From positions 1-40,685 of the IMG/VR virus record IMGVR_UViG_3300012979_000010: a stretch of 40,685 nucleotides of DNA. One strand, given 5' to 3'. The DNA comes from a virus. The notes below the pieces were generated by a model. That model was not told where the DNA came from. It saw only the letters and a list, made by a program, of their open reading frames with translations, and ran no database searches. Below are positions 12,833 through 19,670 of this stretch, piece after piece. The position numbers were made by a program, and so were the translations under genes. Positions within the stretch are counted from its first letter, which is position 1, and each line of letters begins with the position of its first letter.

Positions 12833-12885
12833 AGTGGTACGCTGAGTGGTACGTTCAGTGGTACAAATGAAAAATATGTGGTACG
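12833..12885 (+). repeat. Four direct copies of GTGGTAC (three at a 12-bp period)
   Basis: aGTGGTACgctg aGTGGTACgttc aGTGGTACaaat ... tGTGGTACgtt. Copies start at 12834, 12846, 12858 and 12878. Confidence 0.8.
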
Positions 12886-13349
12886 TTAAGAAGAAGAAAA
12901 AAGCAAAGCCATTACCCCTATTCGAGAAGGCAGGGGTAAAGGTAACGAAGAAGGTAGATTATGTTTCCCAGCTTGATAGGGTGTTTTCTAGATATATAAG
13001 GCTGCGTGACGCGTTTTCCGATGGCACGTTTATGTGCATAAGCTGCGGAAAAATAAAGCCGTTAGAACAAGCCGATTGCGGTCACTATCATTCAAGGCGA
13101 CACATGAACACCCGATACGATGAAGAAAACTGCCATGCGCAGTGCCGACATTGTAATCGGATGCTATACGGTAACATGGTCGCCTACTCGGATAGGTTGA
13201 AAAACAAAATCGGGCAGCTTCGCTTCGATATCCTGGCATTGAAAGCCGTTCAAACGAAGCAATGGACTGATTGGGAATTGAAGGAACTTATCAAGCACTA
13301 CAAGTTGAAGTGCGAAGAATTAGAGAAACAGAAAGGGATTAAGTTATGA
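12867..13349 (+). CDS. ninG: NinG/Rap-like protein (Cys/His-rich structure-specific nuclease family)
   Basis: FSRYIRLRDA...CISCGK...ADCGHYHSRRH...NCHAQCRHCN matches the lambda NinG family pattern. The track ORF starts at GTG 12846; ATG 12867 is preferred. Confidence 0.65.
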   Translation: MKNMWYVKKKKKAKPLPLFEKAGVKVTKKVDYVSQLDRVFSRYIRLRDAFSDGTFMCISCGKIKPLEQADCGHYHSRRHMNTRYDEENCHAQCRHCNRMLYGNMVAYSDRLKNKIGQLRFDILALKAVQTKQWTDWELKELIKHYKLKCEELEKQKGIKL

Positions 13350-13975
13350 ATAGAGAATCATTCGTATTTTACGCATCGTGGTTAGAAGCAATCAAGAATC
13401 TGCCGAGAGAGATGCAGGGCGAAGTATTGGTAGCCATAGTTGAGTATGGAATTACTGGAGAAATGCCTGCTGACCTAAAGCCGATTGCGAAAGCTTTAAT
13501 GGCGATGGTAAAGCCACAGATTGACGCAAATCGTGTGAAGTATGAGAATGGTAAGAAGGGCGGAAGGAAACCAAACGAAAACCAAACTGAAACCAAAACG
13601 AAACCAAACGAAAACCAAAACGAAACCAAAGAAGAACCTAATCTAACCAAACCCGAACCTAATGTAAATGTATATGTTAATGATAATGTTATAAAAGAAA
13701 AAGATAATAAAAAGAAAAACGTGCGTTTTTCCCCACCCACTATTGAGGAAGTTAAACAATTCATAGCTGAAAAGGGTTATAGTGTAAATGCTGAATCTTT
13801 CTTCAGCTATTACGAAAGCAACGGCTGGATGGTTGGAAGAAACAAAATGAAGAAATGGCAAGCAGCCGTAGCCAAATGGCATAACACTAATTACGGAGAG
13901 ACGAAGGCAGAAGTAGGCATGATATTGCGTGACGAAAAAAACAAGTACGATAATGACGAAGAATTATGGAAGTAA
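13346..13975 (+). CDS. Putative replication organiser/initiator protein with an internal KPNENQxETK repeat linker
   Basis: N-terminal FVFYASWLEAIKNLP... and C-terminal PPTIEEVKQFIAEKGYSVNAESFFSYYESNGWMVGRNKMKKWQAAVAKW resemble phage DnaD-like/replisome-organiser modules. It lies directly upstream of the DnaC-like loader. Confidence 0.45.
   Translation: MNRESFVFYASWLEAIKNLPREMQGEVLVAIVEYGITGEMPADLKPIAKALMAMVKPQIDANRVKYENGKKGGRKPNENQTETKTKPNENQNETKEEPNLTKPEPNVNVYVNDNVIKEKDNKKKNVRFSPPTIEEVKQFIAEKGYSVNAESFFSYYESNGWMVGRNKMKKWQAAVAKWHNTNYGETKAEVGMILRDEKNKYDNDEELWK
13567..13632 (+). repeat. 2 x 33-bp tandem repeat made of GAAA(A)CCAAA sub-repeats (iteron candidate), followed by an AT-rich tract at 13659..13720
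   Basis: gaaaccaaacgaaaaccaaactgaaaccaaaac is followed by gaaaccaaacgaaaaccaaaacgaaaccaaaga, both read directly. Confidence 0.8.
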
Positions 13976-14559
13976 CAACATTCAATCTAAAAAAAACACT
14001 TGCAGATATGCAAGGCTTGGGATATATGCCAGTTCCAAACAAAGTGCGGTGGCAAATACCTAATGCCAAGCAACTACTTGAACAATGCCTTCACACCTAT
14101 ATGGGCGAAAAGGCTACATGGTTACCCATATATGACGAAGTAGCCGATTGGTTGGCGAACAACGATGGCAGAGGGTTGTTCTGCTATGGCGACAAGGGGT
14201 TAGGCAAGACAATGCTTTGTTACCGATGTATTCCGCCAATTATCTACGCGGTGTGCAATAGGGTGATGTTCTGCTATGAAAATGCACAAGAGATGAACGA
14301 TAAGCTTGACGAAGTGCTAACCAAGAAGCTGGTATATATTGACGATATAGGGACCGAAGGCATGGTTGTTCGCTATGGCGAAAAGCGCATGGCATTGCCC
14401 GAAATCGTGGATAATGCCGAGAAGAAAGGCAATCTGCTTATTCTTACAAGCAACCTATCGGGGGCAGAGGTTAAGCAGAAATATGGCGAGCGCACCTTTG
14501 ACCGCCTTAAGGCAATCACGAAGCACGTTATATTCACAGGTAAATCATTCAGAAAATGA
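13966..14559 (+). CDS. DnaC/IstB-like AAA+ ATPase (helicase loader)
   Basis: Walker A GDKGLGKT and Walker B LVYIDDIG. Confidence 0.7.
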   Translation: MEVTTFNLKKTLADMQGLGYMPVPNKVRWQIPNAKQLLEQCLHTYMGEKATWLPIYDEVADWLANNDGRGLFCYGDKGLGKTMLCYRCIPPIIYAVCNRVMFCYENAQEMNDKLDEVLTKKLVYIDDIGTEGMVVRYGEKRMALPEIVDNAEKKGNLLILTSNLSGAEVKQKYGERTFDRLKAITKHVIFTGKSFRK

Positions 14560-14705
14560 AAAAAGAATTTGAAACCGTACATTGCCGCGATTGCAAAAAC
14601 GCAACAGATCATGTCGGTAATAGCTGCTATTGCCAGGAAAAACACATGAGGGTGTGCGCCTGTAACCGATATGGAAGGTTTTGTAAATTATATGAAAGGA
14701 AATAA
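14556..14705 (+). CDS. Small Cys-rich (zinc-ribbon-like) protein (49 aa)
   Basis: ATGA overlap with the upstream gene. MKKEFETVHCRDCKNATDHVGNSCYCQEKHMRVCACNRYGRFCKLYERK. Confidence 0.45.
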   Translation: MKKEFETVHCRDCKNATDHVGNSCYCQEKHMRVCACNRYGRFCKLYERK

Positions 14706-14707
14706 AT

Positions 14708-15475
14708 ATGGCACTTAAACAGATAGAGTTATTCAATGACCATTTTCAAAACTTCAAGCGGTATTCAATACCAAAAGCACAACTAATTATTGCTGACCCA
14801 CCTTATAATTTAGGGAAAAACGCATACGCAAGTAACCCTGCATGGTACAAGGATGGAGATAACAAGAATGGCGAAAGCGAATTAGCAGGTAAAGAGTTTT
14901 TTGACACGGATAAGGACTTCCGACCTGCCGAGTTTATGCACTTTTGTTCGCAAATGCTTATGAAAGAACCAAAGGAAAAGGGGAAAGCACCTTGTATGAT
15001 TCTCTTTTGCGAGTATGAACAACAATTCAAGTATATAGAACTTGGGCGAAAATACGGATTGATGAACTACATTCCTTTGGTGTTCAGAAAGGATTTCAGC
15101 GCACAAGTGTTGAAGGCTAATATGAAGGTTGTTGGTAATTGCGAATACGGTTTGATTCTATATCGTGATAAGCTACCAAAGTTTAACAATAACGGAAGAA
15201 TGATATTTAATTGCTTTGATTGGGTAAGAGATACATCAACTCCTAAGATACACCCTACACAGAAACCTGTTCCATTGCTTGAACGATTGATAGAGATATT
15301 CACTGATAAGGGCGATGTAGTTATAGACCCATGCGCAGGTAGCGGAAGTACGTTGTTAGCGGCTGCACAAATGGGAAGAAGGGGATACGGATTTGAAATT
15401 AAAAAGGATTTCTACCGAGAAGCTAACCGAAAAGTCTTAAGCCGAATACAAAAGTCAATTTTTGGCGAATTATGA
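14708..15475 (+). CDS. DNA methyltransferase, N6-adenine/N4-cytosine type (beta class)
   Basis: IIADPPYNLGK (DPPY motif IV) lies N-terminal and VVIDPCAGSGSTLLAA (motif I) lies C-terminal. Confidence 0.8.
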   Translation: MALKQIELFNDHFQNFKRYSIPKAQLIIADPPYNLGKNAYASNPAWYKDGDNKNGESELAGKEFFDTDKDFRPAEFMHFCSQMLMKEPKEKGKAPCMILFCEYEQQFKYIELGRKYGLMNYIPLVFRKDFSAQVLKANMKVVGNCEYGLILYRDKLPKFNNNGRMIFNCFDWVRDTSTPKIHPTQKPVPLLERLIEIFTDKGDVVIDPCAGSGSTLLAAAQMGRRGYGFEIKKDFYREANRKVLSRIQKSIFGEL

Positions 15476-15678
15476 TACACGTAACCCAAGCCACATACTA
15501 TACCTATGGCGGAAGAATCATAGTGAAGGAATACAACACCTTCTTTTACGAACCGATTTGGAAGGTCAAAGAGAAGCTGCTTGATTCCGTATGCAAGGCG
15601 GATGATAGCGACCCGATTGTAAAAATAATAAATCTTAAATATAGAGAATATGGAAAAGAAGACATTAATCGCCTATAA
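15472..15678 (+). CDS. Hypothetical protein (68 aa)
   Basis: ORF track, with an ATGA overlap upstream. Confidence 0.5.
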   Translation: MIHVTQATYYTYGGRIIVKEYNTFFYEPIWKVKEKLLDSVCKADDSDPIVKIINLKYREYGKEDINRL

Positions 15679-16912
15679 AGGCTTTGACAAAGACATGAAG
15701 TGCCGAGGTTTTCAATACGAAGTCGGCAATGAGTACGAAACTGATAAAGCAAAAGCATGCGAAAGCGGATTCCATGCGTGCGAGAATCCTTTCGATGTGC
15801 TTGATTATTACAATGACATTAACGGAAAGTATTGCATCGTAGAGCAGTCGGGAGAGATTGATAAGGAAGATAGAAAGCAATCATCAACCAAGATAAAGAT
15901 TAAGGCAGAAATCGGTTTTGTAGGGTTGTTCAAGGCAGGAATTGAATGGCTAAAGACCGTAACAAATCCTTGTGATATGGCTGAAAACAATAGCGGTGAT
16001 TCTGCTCAAATCGGAAGTAGCGGTGATTCTGCTAAAATCGGAAGTAGCGGTGATTCTGCTCAAATCGGAAGTAGCGGTGATTCTGCTCAAATCGGAAGTA
16101 GCGGTAATTATGCTAAAATCGGAAGTAGCGGTAATTATGCTAAAATCGGAAGTAGCGGTAATTATGCTAAAATCGGAAGTAGCGGTGATTCTGCTCAAAT
16201 CGGAAGTAGCGGTAATTATGCTCAAATCGGAAGTAGCGGTAATTATGCTAAAATCGGAAGTAGCGGTGATTCTGCTCAAATCGGAAGTAGCGGTGATTCT
16301 GCTCAAATCGGAAGTAGCGGTAATTCTGCTAAAATCGGAAGTAGCGGTGATTCTGCTCAAATCGGAAGTAGCGGTAATTATGCTCAAATCGGAAGTAGCG
16401 GTAATTATGCTAAAATCGGAAGTAGCGGTAATTATGCTAAAATCGGAAGTAGCGGTTATTATGCTCAAATCGGAAGTAGCGGTAATTATGATAAAATCGG
16501 AAGTAGCGGTAATTATGCTCAAATCGGAAGTAGCGGTAATTATGATAAAATCGGAAGTAGCGGTGATTCTGCTCAAATCGGAAGTAGCGGTTATTATGCT
16601 CAAATCGGAAGTAGCGGTAATTATGCTAAAATCGGAAGTAGCGGTTATTATGCTCAAATCGGAAGTAGCGGTAATTATGCTCAAATTGATAGCACTGGAA
16701 ACGATAGTGTTATATGTTGCGCTGGATGTAACTCGATTGCAAAGGCGAAGAAAGGTAGTTGGATAACTCTTTCCGAATGGGTGTATAGCGATGAAAAACA
16801 AAGGAATATTCCTATATGCGTTAAGACCGAGTATGTGGATGGTGAGCGCATTAAAGAAGATACTTGGTATAAGTTAATTAATGGAGAATTTATTGAATAT
16901 GGAAAAGATTAG
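15650..16912 (+). CDS. Nonapeptide-repeat (beta-solenoid-like) protein with globular N- and C-terminal caps
   Basis: The N-terminal domain is KGFDKDMKCRGFQYEVGNEYETDKAKACESGFHACENPFDVLDYY. About 27 consecutive units of GSSG(D/N)(S/Y)A(Q/K)I follow, then a non-repetitive C-terminal domain. Confidence 0.8.
   Translation: MEKKTLIAYKGFDKDMKCRGFQYEVGNEYETDKAKACESGFHACENPFDVLDYYNDINGKYCIVEQSGEIDKEDRKQSSTKIKIKAEIGFVGLFKAGIEWLKTVTNPCDMAENNSGDSAQIGSSGDSAKIGSSGDSAQIGSSGDSAQIGSSGNYAKIGSSGNYAKIGSSGNYAKIGSSGDSAQIGSSGNYAQIGSSGNYAKIGSSGDSAQIGSSGDSAQIGSSGNSAKIGSSGDSAQIGSSGNYAQIGSSGNYAKIGSSGNYAKIGSSGYYAQIGSSGNYDKIGSSGNYAQIGSSGNYDKIGSSGDSAQIGSSGYYAQIGSSGNYAKIGSSGYYAQIGSSGNYAQIDSTGNDSVICCAGCNSIAKAKKGSWITLSEWVYSDEKQRNIPICVKTEYVDGERIKEDTWYKLINGEFIEYGKD
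15986..16714 (+). repeat. 27-bp tandem repeat, 26 near-perfect copies plus 1 degenerate copy
   Basis: Unit ggaagtagcggt(g/a)at(t/a)(c/a)tgct(c/a)aaatc. Copies differ at only a few positions. Every reading frame on both strands is open across it. Confidence 0.95.
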
Positions 16913-17036
16913 ATTAAAAGATGCTCTAATCTACGCAGCAAGTGTAGTAGGCACAACGATAGTATTTTTCAGTGTTATCCAGTTCCTTAATTGGTTAGCA
17001 TCAATCCCCAACACTTATAATTGGATAGCGCAATGA
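16899..17036 (+). CDS. Small membrane ORF (45 aa)
   Basis: MEKIRLKDALIYAASVVGTTIVFFSVIQFLNWLASIPNTYNWIAQ. Overlaps both neighbours. Confidence 0.35.
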   Translation: MEKIRLKDALIYAASVVGTTIVFFSVIQFLNWLASIPNTYNWIAQ

Positions 17037-17179
17037 AATATAGATTCACTTGTGGCAACAACAAGTATGCCCGAACCATCTGCATAGAAGCAGAAACGAG
17101 AGAAGAAGCCGAAAGGGAAATTAAGAAAGATTACCCGATGGCAGAGTTTAAGGAAGAAGTTAAGAAGAAAGGAAAGTAA
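17033..17179 (+). CDS. Small ORF (48 aa)
   Basis: MKYRFTCGNNKYARTICIEAETREEAEREIKKDYPMAEFKEEVKKKGK, with an ATGA overlap upstream. Confidence 0.35.
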   Translation: MKYRFTCGNNKYARTICIEAETREEAEREIKKDYPMAEFKEEVKKKGK

Positions 17180-17180
17180 T

Positions 17181-17462
17181 ATGAAAACCAAATTACTAAA
17201 AAAGTTAAGGGCAATAGGTCGCAACCAAATAACGATATATTCTGTGACTACAACAACAACAAGATTAGGCGAAGAATATATAACAGGTATGAGATATGGA
17301 TATAACAACGATGCTTATAGAGGGCTATTCACATTTGGAGATACCGAAGATGAGGTACGGGATAGAGCGATGAAAATATACTTTAAGAATAACATAGATT
17401 TTATAAGAGATAAATATAAAAAGTATTCAAGGAGATATAAAACAAAAAGAAAGGAGAAATGA
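17181..17462 (+). CDS. Hypothetical basic protein (93 aa)
   Basis: ORF track. Confidence 0.55.
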   Translation: MKTKLLKKLRAIGRNQITIYSVTTTTTRLGEEYITGMRYGYNNDAYRGLFTFGDTEDEVRDRAMKIYFKNNIDFIRDKYKKYSRRYKTKRKEK

Positions 17463-17464
17463 AT

Positions 17465-17629
17465 ATGAAATACACAATTATATGTAAAGACCAAGAAGTG
17501 TTTTATTCCGATAGATATGATGCAGAAAACTATTGGTGCGATAAGCTCTTATGTGTCATTGACAATATCAATAAGAAAGTAACCTTTGATGGGGTTACAT
17601 GGAAAGAAGTAGATATAGACCATTTATAG
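17465..17629 (+). CDS. Small ORF (54 aa)
   Basis: AAGGAG lies 8 nt upstream. MKYTIICKDQEVFYSDRYDAENYWCDKLLCVIDNINKKVTFDGVTWKEVDIDHL. Confidence 0.4.
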   Translation: MKYTIICKDQEVFYSDRYDAENYWCDKLLCVIDNINKKVTFDGVTWKEVDIDHL

Positions 17630-17637
17630 TAAGAGAA

Positions 17638-17853
17638 ATGAAAGAAAAACTATACAACCTACTTAAAGAATGGCTCGTCTGTGAATGGGATTGCGACTAT
17701 TGCCAACACCTAACAACCTTTCGTGATGGCGATGGTAGGCATCCTTGCAACAGATGTCAGTCATTCAATTTATTCAAAATTGCAAACCATATTGATGCAG
17801 ATTTGAAAGACAAGGTAAAGGAAATAATGAATATAGTAAGAAAGGAGAAATAG
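17638..17853 (+). CDS. Small Cys-rich (zinc-finger-like) protein (71 aa)
   Basis: ORF track 17599..17853; the preferred ATG is at 17638. Contains CEWDCDYCQH...HPCNRCQSF. Confidence 0.5.
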   Translation: MKEKLYNLLKEWLVCEWDCDYCQHLTTFRDGDGRHPCNRCQSFNLFKIANHIDADLKDKVKEIMNIVRKEK

Positions 17854-17855
17854 AT

Positions 17856-18413
17856 ATGGCACAGTTGGCAATTAGAGGGCACTTAACGAGAGGAAAAGAG
17901 GTAATAGAAATCCTTAAAATGTTAGGTGCGAAAGAAGAAGATATATATAATGGAACTTACACAAATTGGGTCTATATAATCAATGAAGAAGGATATGTAT
18001 ATTGGGATTATCCAAGCGATAGATATACTATTTATACCCTCGAAGAGTTCCTCGAAAAGTTTCCATACAAGGTCGGGGATAAGGTCTTGTATAAGATATA
18101 CAACGTGTATAGCGGCATCAAAAAAATGACTTGGAACGAAGAAAAAGAACAAGTAATATATCGTCTTGATTCAAAAAATCTGTGGGTAGCATACGCAGAC
18201 GAATTAACAAAAGACAATTTCATTCTTGACAGCGAAGATAGCGAAGAGAAGATTAAACATAGAAGATTCCTCGTAGATGTTACCATTCCTTATGGTGATG
18301 AATACAAGGACGCGGAAGAGTTGCAAGAAACTATACAAGAGATTTTTGATTGCCTATGCGATGACAAAGGCAGGTGGAAAGTTAAAGTTGAATATATAAA
18401 CGAAAAAGAATAA
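17856..18413 (+). CDS. Hypothetical protein (185 aa)
   Basis: ORF track, with AGGAG upstream. Confidence 0.65.
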   Translation: MAQLAIRGHLTRGKEVIEILKMLGAKEEDIYNGTYTNWVYIINEEGYVYWDYPSDRYTIYTLEEFLEKFPYKVGDKVLYKIYNVYSGIKKMTWNEEKEQVIYRLDSKNLWVAYADELTKDNFILDSEDSEEKIKHRRFLVDVTIPYGDEYKDAEELQETIQEIFDCLCDDKGRWKVKVEYINEKE

Positions 18414-18419
18414 ATAGAT

Positions 18420-18632
18420 ATGGTAGTTTATAGAGAATTATATTCAGTTTTAATTGTTTTTGCTTTTGTGATATTTCTTGGTTATGCTATGTTTAACGCA
18501 CATCAACACAAGAAAAATATCGGAAGTTCTGTTGTTGTTAATGGTGATACATTAAGAATAGTAGAATGGACTAAGTTGTACGATATGTATGTGCTTGAAA
18601 ATGGTTTAGTTTATAGATTGAAGGAGGAATAG
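18420..18632 (+). CDS. Small membrane protein (70 aa)
   Basis: Hydrophobic helix LYSVLIVFAFVIFLGYAMF. Confidence 0.55.
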   Translation: MVVYRELYSVLIVFAFVIFLGYAMFNAHQHKKNIGSSVVVNGDTLRIVEWTKLYDMYVLENGLVYRLKEE

Positions 18633-18634
18633 AT

Positions 18635-18988
18635 ATGAAACCAAAGAAAGAAATAATTGAAAGATTAATTAAGTCGGGTGTTATGGGTAGGCTGAACGAA
18701 TTGCTATCAGCGGCACATATGTTACAATGCGTGGCGAGTAATTTGCATGGCGAAGCAGAAGATCTAATGCGAGAATATGGTTTGCACTTGGGCGATATCA
18801 AGAGAGCGCATTCTGCATATGTTAAGGCTTCGGATAATTACTTCAAGTTGTTTGCATCGCTAATAACAACGAAAGAATCAACGAATGATATGTTTGCAGA
18901 TATTGAAGCTTACGAAAGGGGATTTCGCGAGTGGGCGAAGATTCCTCAAGGTTGGCAACCAAGAATAACTAACGAAACAGAAGAATGA
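18635..18988 (+). CDS. Hypothetical protein (117 aa)
   Basis: ORF track, with AAGGAGG upstream. Confidence 0.65.
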   Translation: MKPKKEIIERLIKSGVMGRLNELLSAAHMLQCVASNLHGEAEDLMREYGLHLGDIKRAHSAYVKASDNYFKLFASLITTKESTNDMFADIEAYERGFREWAKIPQGWQPRITNETEE

Positions 18989-19320
18989 CTATGAGTAACA
19001 ACCCAACACCACTACACCACCTAAAGAATATCGAAGAAATCTACGGCATAGGCAATAGACATTCGCCTATTGTAGTAGAGAACTTCGGCTGGTGGGTAGT
19101 AATGAGCAACAACGATGTGATAATCGTATCGAAAGAAGGCTACTTGGGCAATCCGAAAGCCGAGCCATACATCGTGGACGAACAGACACTGAACGATGAA
19201 GATTGGCTTCCACACCTTCGCCGCAAGGGGTGGTTTACAAGTGAGTGTGAAAACGATTTTAATAAAGCAATAATTTTTGCGAAATGGAAACAACGAATCA
19301 AATGTACCCTTTACGAATAA
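18985..19320 (+). CDS. Hypothetical protein (111 aa)
   Basis: ORF track, with an ATGA overlap upstream. Confidence 0.6.
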   Translation: MTMSNNPTPLHHLKNIEEIYGIGNRHSPIVVENFGWWVVMSNNDVIIVSKEGYLGNPKAEPYIVDEQTLNDEDWLPHLRRKGWFTSECENDFNKAIIFAKWKQRIKCTLYE

Positions 19321-19586
19321 ATCACTATACAACGATTTATGTGCCGAAGCATAAGCACAACGAGGAATACCGCCAGGAATATATCAATAAACACTTTACC
19401 CCGAAGGTTGTTGTAGCACGCAGGGACACATTGAATGCGCCTGTCACGATAGCCGACATCGAACAATGCAAACGCGAAGGATTGACCTATGCAAAGGCTG
19501 GTAGAAAGCTGGGTGTTTCCCCACAAGTGGCTAATTATTATGCCAAGAAGTACGGCATATTGTTGGGGAAGCAGAGAGAAGAATAA
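19302..19586 (+). CDS. Hypothetical protein with a C-terminal HTH-like segment
   Basis: ORF track 19284..19586 (alternative ATG at 19302). Contains GLTYAKAGRKLGVSPQVANYYAKKYGI. Confidence 0.5.
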   Translation: MYPLRINHYTTIYVPKHKHNEEYRQEYINKHFTPKVVVARRDTLNAPVTIADIEQCKREGLTYAKAGRKLGVSPQVANYYAKKYGILLGKQREE

Positions 19587-19670
19587 AAAACATTAAAAAC
19601 TGAAAAATAATTCATTTTTAATTTGTTGATAATCAAAGAATAAAGTAACTTTATAGCAAAATTTAAGAGT

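Noticed and set aside
15986-16714. Possible CRISPR array
   Set aside because: The 27-bp units abut directly with no spacers. They are in frame within a CDS, and no cas genes or leader are present.
15950-16801. Long ORFs in the other frames of the repeat array (283 aa on the minus strand, 264 aa on the plus strand, 15972..16766)
   Set aside because: Any frame of a stop-free 27-bp periodic array is open. Only the 15650..16912 frame joins non-repetitive N- and C-terminal domains and fits the flanking gene phase.
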